This document shows positions 29,457 through 38,899 of a stretch of DNA of 64,000 bases, piece after piece (position 1 is the stretch's first letter; each line of letters begins with the position of its first letter). Made by a program: the position numbers and the translations under genes. Location of the stretch: positions 68,359 to 132,358 of the forward strand of contig JBGQBO010000007.1 in assembly GCA_041494885.1 (NCBI GenBank), written 5' to 3'. The notes under the pieces were generated by a model. It was not told where the DNA came from and did not search any database. It was given only the letters and a program-made list of their open reading frames with translations. Origin of the DNA: Terriglobia bacterium (lineage in GTDB: Bacteria; Acidobacteriota; Terriglobia; JAIQFV01).

Positions 29457-31673
29457 TCATAGGTTTTTTATTTCCATTTGAAGTCTTGATCTGAATGACA
29501 AATACGCTTGAGCGTCCAGGCGGGACGGATCAAACCGGAGACGGTTATAAAGCGTGGCCAGTTCAATGGCCGATGAGCGAAGCCGCGCATCACTGATTGA
29601 CTGTGAGAATTCCAAGGGGGTTTGGCACGGGTGACGGTCGAACCCGCGCCGTGCCAGCGCTCGCAGCCATTTCGAAAAGACCTCGGCAACCAGGTGGGGC
29701 CGAGGGGAGCGCAGGAGACGGCGGTGGCGAACGAAGCGCCCGATTGCCCATGGGCCTGCAAAAACAGCCAGCAAGCCCAGCCCCCACAGAAACTTTTGTC
29801 CCAGGTGTGTTAACAACTGCGATCGCTTTAAGGAGGCCTGGGGAGAAAAGAAGGTCGCCTGATAGAAATCAGAAAGACGAGTTGTCCAGGTGAGCCATAG
29901 TTGCTCTAGGCCATACTTAACCGCAAGCGTCCCGTTCTGGAGACCCTGAAAGAGGACAATCTGCCGGAAGGAATCAAAGCCCACAATCCAATTAATCCAG
30001 AACAACTCCAGGGCATCGAGATAATGGTTAAGCGCTACCCAGGCTGCAGACCGATGGGGCGGTGTCACCGCAGGAGTCGGATCAAAGGCCACCCAGCCAT
30101 ATCCGGGGAAGAACACCTCCACCCAACTGTGCGCGTCGGCCTCCCGAACAATGAAGTCCTTTCCCACTGCATTGTATTCCCCGGTTTGAAACCCATTGAC
30201 CACGCGGGAGGGAATTCCGAGCGTCCGCAACAGGATTGCCATGGAGGAAGCGAAGTACTCGCAGTGCCCCCGGCGGGATTCAAACAAGAACTGGCCGATC
30301 GGGTCGAGTTCTCGGGTAGAAGGCAAATCCAGGGTGTATCCATAGTTCTCTTTCAAGTAGCTTTCCACGCTTCGGGCGCGATCATAGTTATTTGTCTCGG
30401 CCCGCGTGATGTTCCGGGCCAACTCGTGAATTCGACGGTCGAATTCTGGCAGGGACAGATAGTCTTCTTCAAAGTTCGGGGGATACTCCGTCCCCGCCTT
30501 GCGAAGCGATGATGCCCAAGGCGGGGCGATATCTGAAATCACATTATAACGGACGCGGGAATAGGGATGATAATCCGTACTCAGTGTCTCCCCCGTGTCC
30601 ATCCGCAGCCGGGCCGAGGTCAGAACCGATCTGGCCCGGGCCGCGGCGAATAGGACCTCGGTTGAGATGGGTTCAAGAAGAATCTGGTATTGAACGAGAC
30701 GATGAGGGGGCGGGACCTGTTCGGGGAGAAGGCGATAACCGCCCCTCCCGTCTTTCAGCACAGATTTCGTGTCGCCTTCCATCTTCCTGCGCCAGGAGTT
30801 CCCTTCAAACCAGTTCAACGCAATGCCCCGCCATTTGACCCCGTCAAAGTCCCGCGGGTCTCCCTCAACACGCACCCGCATGACGACCGCCATGTTTTTT
30901 TTCAGGGAGCCTACGGCTCCAAACTGGACCAATGAAGAGAATCCCGTAATGGACTGGGTATTGGTATTCAGGCGAGTGAAGAATCCGGCTTCCACGCGCG
31001 GCAAAGCAAAGAAGAACAACGCCGCGAAAGCCACAATCCCCAGGCTCATTATCGCCGATGCCGCGGCCAGGGCACCATACAACCGGCGGGTCCCGTTGCC
31101 CAACCGCGAGAGAGAGGAGGTTTCTCCCCTCGGTGGATGGGATCTCCGTTCGGCATAAAGTTCCTGGGACCGCTTAATCTCAAAACTCATCAGGCTGGAG
31201 ATCACAAGTGCCAGGAAAACCAGGAAAGCGACCGAAAAGGATGGGCTGGTCGTCATGGCGGCCGCCGCCAGCAACTCCATGAAGGCAATCAGAATCATGT
31301 AGAAGTAGTCTCTGTCCTTCTTCTCGGAAAAGAATTTCAGAATCTGAATAAAAATAAGGAGGTGAATGGCGGCGTCGACGAACGACTTGGACAACCACCA
31401 CAGGTCCAAAAGAAACACCAAAATATAAATTTTAGAGAAGAAGGACACGCGCCCGGCTGACAGCAGCCAGACGCGTCGACGGAAACCGCCGACCACGTAA
31501 GCCGTGTAAGCCGCAGCAAAGCACAGCATGGAAGGAAGGTCCACTTTGCCGGTCGACGCCAGGGTGAAGAATCCGGTGGCCAGAAGGAGGTTTACGGAGG
31601 TTTGGAAGTAGAAATCAGCCCGGGATTTCATTGCAGTAGCAGCCCCATTGAGTCGTCGTTCGGCGGTCCGCAC
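29457..31673 (-). CDS. tgpA: Membrane transglutaminase TgpA-like (N-terminal DUF3488 TM domain, transglutaminase core, C-terminal DUF4129).
   Basis: The N-terminal half is multi-TM. The core GHCEYFASSMAILLRTLGIPSRVVNGF...DAHSWVEVFFPGYGWVAFDPTP carries the Cys-His-Asp triad context. The start is 31673 (GTG) or 31631 (ATG). Confidence 0.8.
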   Translation of the reverse strand: MRTAERRLNGAATAMKSRADFYFQTSVNLLLATGFFTLASTGKVDLPSMLCFAAAYTAYVVGGFRRRVWLLSAGRVSFFSKIYILVFLLDLWWLSKSFVDAAIHLLIFIQILKFFSEKKDRDYFYMILIAFMELLAAAAMTTSPSFSVAFLVFLALVISSLMSFEIKRSQELYAERRSHPPRGETSSLSRLGNGTRRLYGALAAASAIMSLGIVAFAALFFFALPRVEAGFFTRLNTNTQSITGFSSLVQFGAVGSLKKNMAVVMRVRVEGDPRDFDGVKWRGIALNWFEGNSWRRKMEGDTKSVLKDGRGGYRLLPEQVPPPHRLVQYQILLEPISTEVLFAAARARSVLTSARLRMDTGETLSTDYHPYSRVRYNVISDIAPPWASSLRKAGTEYPPNFEEDYLSLPEFDRRIHELARNITRAETNNYDRARSVESYLKENYGYTLDLPSTRELDPIGQFLFESRRGHCEYFASSMAILLRTLGIPSRVVNGFQTGEYNAVGKDFIVREADAHSWVEVFFPGYGWVAFDPTPAVTPPHRSAAWVALNHYLDALELFWINWIVGFDSFRQIVLFQGLQNGTLAVKYGLEQLWLTWTTRLSDFYQATFFSPQASLKRSQLLTHLGQKFLWGLGLLAVFAGPWAIGRFVRHRRLLRSPRPHLVAEVFSKWLRALARRGFDRHPCQTPLEFSQSISDARLRSSAIELATLYNRLRFDPSRLDAQAYLSFRSRLQMEIKNL

Positions 31674-31743
31674 GCAACAACAACTAAGGTATGGAAAAAC
31701 GGCACCTGGTGTGGGCCTGTAGAATCACCCTGGCGCAGTGTTT

Positions 31744-32559
31744 CTACAACGCGTTGACGAATTTCAGATAATCACGCACCTTTTTCATATCTTCCCACAC
31801 TTCGCGCTTCTTGTCTGGCCACCGCAAACAGTAGGCAGGATGAAAAGTTGCCATCAGCTTGATCCCGTCGCCATAGTCCAGCCACTGCCCACGAATTTGA
31901 GTGATCCCGGTCTTGATCTTCAACAGCGTTTGCATGGCCGGGGAGCCCAGGCAGACAATCACCCTGGGTTTCACCGCCTGAATTTGGCGCCTCAAGAACG
32001 GCTCGCACGACTCGATTTCATCGCGCTCCGGGGCGCGGTTCTCCGGAGGCCGACACTTGATGACATTGCAGATGTACACCTCTTCGCGCTTGAGGTTGAT
32101 CGCTTCAATGATCCGGGTCAACAACTGGCCCGCGCGTCCTACGAAGGGCAGTCCTTGTTCATCTTCATCGGCGCCCGGCGCCTCCCCCACAAACATCAAA
32201 GCGGCCTGTGGATTCCCTGAGCCAAACACAATATTCTTGCGAAGAGGCGCCAGCTTGCATCGCCGGCAGTCGCCCAGATCTGAGCGGATTTCTTCGAGAG
32301 TCTCACCGGGCCTTGTGGCTTCGGCAGGGGCAAACAAAGAACGAGTCTGCGGTGGAATAACCGGACTCACCGACAATGGGGAGGCAGGCCCCACCCCCGC
32401 CGGGGGGGTCTGTGAAAAGAAAGACTTCGGACCCGTTCCTGGCTCAGCGGTTAGCGGTTTATTCTTTTCTTGCTTGCGGATCCGATCTGAGCTGAGCTCG
32501 CTGATCCCGATTTCCTCAAAGTAATCGAGGATGTCTGTGATGGGTTTGGATGGGTTCAA
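31744..32559 (-). CDS. udg: Uracil-DNA glycosylase, family 4 (4Fe-4S UDG).
   Basis: GEAPGADEDEQGLPFVGRAGQLL and VYICNVIKCRPPENR motifs. Confidence 0.8.
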   Translation of the reverse strand: MNPSKPITDILDYFEEIGISELSSDRIRKQEKNKPLTAEPGTGPKSFFSQTPPAGVGPASPLSVSPVIPPQTRSLFAPAEATRPGETLEEIRSDLGDCRRCKLAPLRKNIVFGSGNPQAALMFVGEAPGADEDEQGLPFVGRAGQLLTRIIEAINLKREEVYICNVIKCRPPENRAPERDEIESCEPFLRRQIQAVKPRVIVCLGSPAMQTLLKIKTGITQIRGQWLDYGDGIKLMATFHPAYCLRWPDKKREVWEDMKKVRDYLKFVNAL

Positions 32560-32607
32560 AGGTGTGTTGGAACCGACCCCCTGAAAGTTATCGGGCCTGG
32601 GCGCCCG

Positions 32608-33810
32608 TCATCGCTTTCGCATTTCAATGATCTCATTGAGAATCTTCTCGGCCACTTTGGCCTTGGACATCAAAGGAACATCCTTCATGGAGCCATCGGG
32701 TCGTAACAACTGCACATGGTTCGTATCAACATCAAACCCGGCTCCCGCTTCGTTCAGATCGTTGGCGATGAGGAGATCGAGGTTCTTCGATTTTAACTTC
32801 CGACGTGCCCCTTCCAGTGTAAACCCCGTCTCGGCAGCAAACCCGACCAGGAATTTTCCGTCCTTCGAGCGGCCGAGGAAAGCCAGAATATCCTCCGTTG
32901 GTTCCACCTCGATCGCGCCGGGCAGTTTCTCCTTCTTGATTTTCGAGGGTCCCGGGTGGGCAGGGCGGACATCTGCGACGGCGGCCGCCTTGATCACAAT
33001 CGTCGAATTCTGGAAGTGCTTCTTGACCGCCGCGCTCATTTCAGCAGCCGATCGCACCGGCACGAATTCCACTCCCCGAGGAGGTTGAAGCGCGGTCGGA
33101 CCGCTGACCAGGATGACACGGGCTCCTCGACGCAGCGCCTCTTCGGCGAGGGCATATCCCATTTTCCCCGAGGAACGGTTGGTAATAAACCGGACCGGGT
33201 CGATATCTTCTTGCGTCGGCCCTGCGGTAATGAGGATCGACTCGCCGATCAAATCGTCCGTCAAACCCAGCGTTTCACGAACCAAGTCCAGAATTTTGTC
33301 ATTCGCAGCAAGCCGCCCCTGCCCCACCATCCCGCACGCGAGATATCCTTCCTCCGGCTCAACCACGCGCACTCCCCGTGCTTTGAGCGCGGCCACGTTC
33401 TGTTGAACCGCCGGATGGTCCCACATTTCGCAGTTCATTGCCGGGGCGACGACGACCGCGGCCCTTGTGGCCAAATAAAGCGTTGAAAGGAAATCATCGG
33501 CCACCCCGTGGGCGAATTTGCCCAGGATGTCGGCCGTCGCCGGCGCCACGAGAAGAAGATCAATCGATTGCGCCACCGCGATATGCTCGATGGCCGATTC
33601 AACATTGGAGGACGCCGTCCCCGAGCGGTCGAACATCTCGGTAATCACCTTTTGGCCGGAGAGGGCGGCAAAGGTCAAAGGCGCCACAAACTCCTGGGCG
33701 TGACGCGTCATGACCACCTGAACCTCCAGGTGACATTGCTGTAGCTGACGGAGCAGCTCAGCCGCCTTGTACGCAGCAATACATCCTGTCACTCCCAGTG
33801 CGACCTTCAT
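32608..33810 (-). CDS. coaBC: Bifunctional phosphopantothenoylcysteine decarboxylase / phosphopantothenate-cysteine ligase.
   Basis: 400-aa ORF with N-terminal flavoprotein domain MKVALGVTGCIAAYKA and C-terminal DFP ligase domain. Confidence 0.9.
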   Translation of the reverse strand: MKVALGVTGCIAAYKAAELLRQLQQCHLEVQVVMTRHAQEFVAPLTFAALSGQKVITEMFDRSGTASSNVESAIEHIAVAQSIDLLLVAPATADILGKFAHGVADDFLSTLYLATRAAVVVAPAMNCEMWDHPAVQQNVAALKARGVRVVEPEEGYLACGMVGQGRLAANDKILDLVRETLGLTDDLIGESILITAGPTQEDIDPVRFITNRSSGKMGYALAEEALRRGARVILVSGPTALQPPRGVEFVPVRSAAEMSAAVKKHFQNSTIVIKAAAVADVRPAHPGPSKIKKEKLPGAIEVEPTEDILAFLGRSKDGKFLVGFAAETGFTLEGARRKLKSKNLDLLIANDLNEAGAGFDVDTNHVQLLRPDGSMKDVPLMSKAKVAEKILNEIIEMRKR

Positions 33811-33868
33811 GTGTCGACCCGCCCTTGGACTGCCCTCCGTTTGACCTTGCGGTCAGGAGGGGGGTGAA

Positions 33869-34093
33869 CTATTTCCTTTTCTTTTTCTCGCTCACTTCTT
33901 CCCCCTCATCAACAGGAGGAAGGATTTCAAATTTCAGGGCGCGCAGCTCCAGCTCCTCGCGCGCCACCCGAGTCGGTTTCTTTCCCGTGGCGGGCATCAG
34001 CGGAGGGCTCCCGCTCTGCAGTTGTCGCGCCCGCTTGGCGGCGAGAAGCACATAACGAAATTTGCTGTCCACTCCGGGTGGAAGCTTAATCAT
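33869..34093 (-). CDS. rpoZ: DNA-directed RNA polymerase omega subunit.
   Basis: 74-aa ORF with SKFRYVLLAAKRARQL. It overlaps the gmk stop. Confidence 0.85.
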   Translation of the reverse strand: MIKLPPGVDSKFRYVLLAAKRARQLQSGSPPLMPATGKKPTRVAREELELRALKFEILPPVDEGEEVSEKKKRK

Positions 34094-34779
34094 TCTGGTT
34101 TGCCTCCGAAGGTATGAAGAATATTTTCGATTTGTTTTTCCAAACGCGGCTGACAGGCTCGATGGGCCAGAATGATGGACCGAAGCGCATCAGTAGCACT
34201 GTTGATTTCGTCGTTGATGATCACGTAATCGTATCTCGCATACTCCTGGATTTCCCGATGCGCCCTGTCCAGGCGCTGGCGGATCACTTCATCCCCATCC
34301 GAACTCCGTCCCCGCAACCGCTGTTCCAGGATCTGGAACGAGGGGGGAAGCACAAAAATGGAGGGCGCCTCCTTTCCAAAGCGCTGCTTCACTTGCGCCG
34401 CACCCTGAACGTCGATGTCCAGGATCACATCATCGCCGGACGAACGGGCGGCCTCGATCTCCTGCCAGCTCGTTCCGTAATAGTTGCCATAGACCACCGC
34501 ATGCTCGACAAACCTCTGCTCCCGGATCATTCGCTCGAACTCATCGCGGTTTACGAAGAAATAGTCAACCCCATTTTGTTCCCCCGGACGGGGAGTCCGC
34601 GTCGTATGAGAGATGGAAAACCGGACGCCGTCCACTTCCTTCATGACTCGTTTGACCAGGGTGGACTTTCCCGATCCCGAAGGGGCAGAGACGATAAACA
34701 ATATTCCCAGACCTTTCACATCCACGGCAGGCTCACCCCGATCAGGCAGCTCTCGAACACGGTTCGGCTCAGACGACAT
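34090..34779 (-). CDS. gmk: Guanylate kinase.
   Basis: P-loop SAPSGSGKSTL and GMP-binding region. The ORF extends to 34962 on the track, but the conserved protein begins at MSSEPN.. (about 34779). Confidence 0.85.
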   Translation of the reverse strand: MSSEPNRVRELPDRGEPAVDVKGLGILFIVSAPSGSGKSTLVKRVMKEVDGVRFSISHTTRTPRPGEQNGVDYFFVNRDEFERMIREQRFVEHAVVYGNYYGTSWQEIEAARSSGDDVILDIDVQGAAQVKQRFGKEAPSIFVLPPSFQILEQRLRGRSSDGDEVIRQRLDRAHREIQEYARYDYVIINDEINSATDALRSIILAHRACQPRLEKQIENILHTFGGKPE

Positions 34780-35671
34780 TCTGGACTTGCTCGCGTAACT
34801 TTTCAATCTCCGCTTTGATCTCAAGCGCATGATCGCTGGCTTCGCGGGCCCCGCCCAACACGCTGGAGGTTTTAGACAGGATGGTGTTGGCCTCCCGGTG
34901 CATCTCCTGGAGCAGGAAATCGAGCCTCTTTCCAGTCTCACCCTCGGCGTCGAGCAGGGCAAGAAACTGCTTGACGTGACTCTTGAGCCGGGTCACTTCC
35001 TCCGTGACATCACTTTTCTCCGCCAGGTAGGCCACCTCCTGCGCCAATCGGCCGGGATCCACGTTGGCCGACTGGGTGAGCCGTAAAACCTCCTCCTTCA
35101 GTTTCTCGTAAATGGCCTGCACGTTGGACTCCAAGGCCTTTTCGATGGCGTCGACGCGTTGCCCGATGGCACCCGTCCTTCCCCGCAAATCCTCTTCCAG
35201 TTGTTTCCCTTCCAACTTCCGCATTGCCAGCATTTCAGAAAGGGCCTTCTGGAGCGCGTGTTCAAGCGCCGGGCGAAATTTCTCCCTCATTTGATCCTGA
35301 CTCACGAGATCGCCATTACCGAAAGTAACGACGTTGGGCAGCCGAAGGATGGAATCCAGGTTCAGGTCGCTGCTGAGATTAAACTTCTCTTTGAGTTCAT
35401 TCGCGGCACGCAGATAGGCCGCTGCCACGGGCGCGTTGATTTTTACCGGGATCTCGCCCATGCTCTCCATGTTCACGGCAGCCGTAACCGAGCCCCGGAC
35501 GAGTCTTTCCTTGAGGACATTCTTCAGCTCATTCTCGAACGGCTGCAATTCCTGCGGCATTCTGAAACTGGCATCAAAATGGCGATGATTGACAGACTTC
35601 AAGCTGATGGTAATGACAAAATCATCACCCCTGTATTGCCCTTGCCCGAATCCGGTCATGCTAAGAATCAT
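34769..35671 (-). CDS. yicC: YicC/YloC-family protein (stress-induced, putative endoribonuclease).
   Basis: MTGFGQGQ N-terminus and C-terminal DUF1732 coiled-coil region. Confidence 0.8.
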   Translation of the reverse strand: MILSMTGFGQGQYRGDDFVITISLKSVNHRHFDASFRMPQELQPFENELKNVLKERLVRGSVTAAVNMESMGEIPVKINAPVAAAYLRAANELKEKFNLSSDLNLDSILRLPNVVTFGNGDLVSQDQMREKFRPALEHALQKALSEMLAMRKLEGKQLEEDLRGRTGAIGQRVDAIEKALESNVQAIYEKLKEEVLRLTQSANVDPGRLAQEVAYLAEKSDVTEEVTRLKSHVKQFLALLDAEGETGKRLDFLLQEMHREANTILSKTSSVLGGAREASDHALEIKAEIEKLREQVQNVV

Positions 35672-35692
35672 TGATCGTTTCCTAATGCAAAC

Positions 35693-35878
35693 TGTCAGCT
35701 ATCAGCGATCAGCTATCAGTCCTTCAGTAATTTTCTTTGAAGAAGAAAGCGATCGGGCCTCAGTAACAACTATAAACTTAAAGCAAAACCCGTCTTCAGG
35801 GTTGATGGCTGATAACTGATTGCTGATAGCTGACGGCTGATTGCTGATAGCTGAAAGCTGACCACTGATAGCTGACCT
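35693..35878. repeat. Palindromic element 3. Inverted arrays of 7-bp tandem repeats (CAGCTAT / CTGATAG-type units) around a roughly 80-bp core with no gene.
   Basis: Left arm cagctatcagcgatcagctatcagtcc. Right arm ggctgataactgattgctgatagctgacggctgattgctgatagctgaaagctgaccactgatagctgacc. It sits between yicC and the msbA-like gene. Confidence 0.75.
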
Positions 35879-35886
35879 CTTTCTTC

Positions 35887-37713
35887 CTAGCTCGCTTCCA
35901 CCCAGGGCGCAAGATCCGTCTCCGCAAATTGCAGTTCATACAAGCGCTGGTAAACTCCGCCATGATCCAGGAGGTCCTGATGGGTGCCCACTTCCCGGAC
36001 CTGACCGTCCTGCAGCACAACGATCTTGTCGGCGCTCCGGACCGTGGAGAGCCGGTGGGCGATGACAAACACCGTTCGCCCTGTCATCAGGTTTCCCAAG
36101 GCACGCTGAACGTAGAGTTCCGATTCCGAATCCAGGGCCGAAGTCGCCTCATCCAGAATCAGAATGGGCGGGTTCTTCAGGAGGGCCCTTGCGATGGCGA
36201 TTCTCTGGCGCTCTCCCCCAGAGAGTCGCTGTCCCCGCTCTCCGATCACCGTTTCATAGCCCTTCGGCATCTGCATGATGAAATCGTGGGCCAACGCCGC
36301 GCGCGCCGCCTGTTCGATGTCTTCCTGGCGAGTCTGAGGGCGACCGTAGGCGATGTTATTCCGGACGGTGTCGTTAAACAGAATCGTCTCCTGGGTCACA
36401 ATGCCAATGTGTGCGCGGAGGGATTCCCGTGTGAATTCCCGGATGTCACTCCCGTCCACCAGGATGTGCCCCCCGCTCACTTCGAAGAACCGGGGAATCA
36501 AATTGAGCAGGGTCGTCTTGCCGGATCCGCTCGAACCGACAACGGCCGCGACCTCTCCTTTTCTCACGATCAAAGAGACATCCTTCAGAATCGCGCCCTC
36601 GTGGTCATATCCGAAGCTCACCTTGTCGAAAATGATCTGGTCCCGGAACTCGACCAGCGGCCGGGCGCTGGCGTCGTCGGCCTTCTCTTCCGGCAATTCC
36701 AGAAACTCAAACACCCGGGAGGTGGATCCTTTGGCCTGCTGAAATGCATTGTTGATCCCGCTCATCCGTCGGACGGGGTCATACATTTTGAACAACGCAA
36801 ACATGAACGCTATAAAGGTCGCCGGCTTCATTCTCCCGGAGTGGATTTCCGTCTGCGCATAATACAACAGCCCGCCGATCACGACGGCCCCCAGCACTTC
36901 CATCAACGGCGAGGAGAGGGATTGCACGCGGACCCACTTCAGGTTCAGGTGCAGCAACCTCCGGCTCGCTTCCTTGAACTTCAGAAATTCAAACTTCTCC
37001 ATCACAAAAGCTTTCACGATCCGGATTCCGCTGATCGTCTCATGGAGGATGTTAGAAATATCCGCCATGTTATCCTGGCTGGAGCGTGTGGTGCGCCGTA
37101 TCTTCCGTCCGAATTTCACCGACGGGAGAGCCACCAGGGGCGCCAGAAGCACCGCCACCAGGGCCAACAGCCAATTCATCGACACCAGGACGCAGGCCAT
37201 GGCCATCAAGGTAAAAGCCTGCCGCAAGGCATCGGCCAACACCGTGGAGGCGGCATTTTGGATTTTCTCAATATCATTGGTGACCCGAGAGATGAGCCGG
37301 CCGGTCGAGTTGCCATGGAAGAACACAGCCGGTTGGTTGAGAATCTTCTTATACAAATCGTTCCTTAAATTCATCACCACCGACTGTCCTACGAAACTAA
37401 TCAGGTAGTTTCCAAAATAATCACAAATGGCCTTGCCTAAAGCCGTCCCGACGATGAATAGGGCAATCCCCAACCATAACGAATAGGTTCTAAACGGGAT
37501 CAAGACCATTAGATCAACGGTCCGATGCAGCAGGGGAAGCGGAAGAACTGAATTGCCAGGATTCTCCGTGAGAATCTTATCGAAGACAATCTTCAGGGTT
37601 AACGGAACCAACCCTTCAAAGGCGCCTACCGCCGCCATGAGCAGGACGGCGAGCAGGAAGATTGCCAGATAATTGCGAACGTAATGGAGGAGTTTTCGGG
37701 TGTCGTTTTGCAT
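35887..37713 (-). CDS. msbA: ABC transporter, fused permease/ATPase exporter (MsbA-like).
   Basis: 608-aa ORF with a 6-TM N-terminal domain, then Walker A GSSGSGKTT, signature LSGGERQRIAIARAL, Walker B ILILDEATS. Confidence 0.75.
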   Translation of the reverse strand: MQNDTRKLLHYVRNYLAIFLLAVLLMAAVGAFEGLVPLTLKIVFDKILTENPGNSVLPLPLLHRTVDLMVLIPFRTYSLWLGIALFIVGTALGKAICDYFGNYLISFVGQSVVMNLRNDLYKKILNQPAVFFHGNSTGRLISRVTNDIEKIQNAASTVLADALRQAFTLMAMACVLVSMNWLLALVAVLLAPLVALPSVKFGRKIRRTTRSSQDNMADISNILHETISGIRIVKAFVMEKFEFLKFKEASRRLLHLNLKWVRVQSLSSPLMEVLGAVVIGGLLYYAQTEIHSGRMKPATFIAFMFALFKMYDPVRRMSGINNAFQQAKGSTSRVFEFLELPEEKADDASARPLVEFRDQIIFDKVSFGYDHEGAILKDVSLIVRKGEVAAVVGSSGSGKTTLLNLIPRFFEVSGGHILVDGSDIREFTRESLRAHIGIVTQETILFNDTVRNNIAYGRPQTRQEDIEQAARAALAHDFIMQMPKGYETVIGERGQRLSGGERQRIAIARALLKNPPILILDEATSALDSESELYVQRALGNLMTGRTVFVIAHRLSTVRSADKIVVLQDGQVREVGTHQDLLDHGGVYQRLYELQFAETDLAPWVEAS

Positions 37714-37865
37714 GCGTCAAGACAAGTAATAAAAACCATTCATTATACTGGGCTTTTGGGAAAAAGACAATTTTCAGGACTGCAGCTTCCCAAAGCTCAG
37801 CTCTGCTAGGACGGTCAGAAAAAGCGACCAGCCGCTTGCCCATAAAAATTCATATTAGGTAAATC

Positions 37866-38276
37866 TCATTTCAGCCAGCCGATTTTGATTTCGCCTTCAA
37901 CCGCTTTGAAGTCGGGGTCGCCAGTGACGAGTTCGGCGTTGCGCAGTTTGGCCAGAGCGGCAGCGAAGGCGTCGGCGTAAGGGAGTTTTTTCGTGCCTTT
38001 GTAGATGGCGGCCTGCCGCACCAAGTCGAGGTTCTTGTCGTCCACACCGACAATCTCAATGGTCAACCCGGCAATTTCCTTCGCCTTCTGTTCGGCGGCC
38101 TCCTGGGACACCTTGCGCATGGTGTTGTAGTAAATCTCGCCCCAGTTGATCACACAGAGGAGCAGCTTGTGCGTTCCAGCCTCAGCCTTGACCAACAGCT
38201 TCTCCACTTCTTCGGCGGCAGGCTCGTCCTCAAAAAACGCGATCAGCGCCCAGCTATCCAATACCTTGGTGGCCAT
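37866..38276 (-). CDS. vapC: PIN-domain toxin VapC.
   Basis: 136-aa ORF immediately downstream of the antitoxin with a 1-bp gap. PIN-like acidic residues are present. Confidence 0.7.
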   Translation of the reverse strand: MATKVLDSWALIAFFEDEPAAEEVEKLLVKAEAGTHKLLLCVINWGEIYYNTMRKVSQEAAEQKAKEIAGLTIEIVGVDDKNLDLVRQAAIYKGTKKLPYADAFAAALAKLRNAELVTGDPDFKAVEGEIKIGWLK

Positions 38277-38277
38277 G

Positions 38278-38523
38278 TCAGAATTCCCGCTCGCGCTTGC
38301 GATCGTCCATCAGCGCCTTCAGTACGCCAGCACCCTTCAATGAGCCGCGCAGGGTCCGGATGTGCCGCGTTGTGATCGGTTTGAGCACAATGGCGTCCGC
38401 CTCCCCATATACCAGGGCGCGCGTGCCCTCTTCGATATCGAACTCCTTGCGCAGCCAGCGTGGAATCACCACCTGACCTTTTACAGTAAACCGGATGGTG
38501 TCGGTCTTGTGTGTTGTCTTCAT
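38278..38523 (-). CDS. vapB: AbrB/SpoVT-type antitoxin VapB.
   Basis: 81-aa ORF. IRFTVKGQVVIPRWLRKEF is a swapped-hairpin AbrB-type motif. Confidence 0.7.
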   Translation of the reverse strand: MKTTHKTDTIRFTVKGQVVIPRWLRKEFDIEEGTRALVYGEADAIVLKPITTRHIRTLRGSLKGAGVLKALMDDRKREREF

Positions 38524-38575
38524 GGCTTGAAATCATACACATTGGCATAAAGTAAGTCAATAGCCTACTTAGTAG
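38524..38575 (-). promoter_or_regulatory. Candidate vapBC promoter (TTGACT-N17-TATGAT on the minus strand) with an adjacent perfect palindrome CCTACTaAGTAGG. It would give a near-leaderless vapB transcript.
   Basis: Reverse complement of 38524-38575: ..cctactaagtaggctaTTGACTtactttatgccaatgtgTATGATttcaagcc then ATG. Confidence 0.4.
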
Positions 38576-38899
38576 GAATTCATTTCCTGTGTTATACTTT
38601 CCGGAAGTCGATCATATGCCATTATTTGGCTTCCCACAGTCAAAACAACAGAGGCTGGTTGGGCCTCTTTTTCTTGAACCGTCGGCTAATTCAGTTATTC
38701 CGCCAGCGTTCACACGCTCAAATGAAAACACGGCCGGCTGCAGTGGATTTCTACGACCTTCCGGTCTAGAAGGAACCAGTCATCACTCCCGGAGAGTTAT
38801 GGTCACGCGTAAGCACAGGCTGCTTCAACCAGATGTTCGTCAGGAGACGGAAGTTGTCTGAGCCAGGATATTAAATCAAGACATTAAATTAGGAATGAC

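Noticed and set aside
34779-34962. N-terminal 61-aa extension of the gmk ORF
   Set aside because: The extension is Arg/Cys/Pro-rich, overlaps the yicC 3' end and is not part of guanylate kinase homology. The internal Met before the P-loop is the likely start.
35929-37368. 479-aa plus-strand ORF
   Set aside because: Antisense to the msbA-like ABC transporter. Its composition is Arg/His/Gly-rich.
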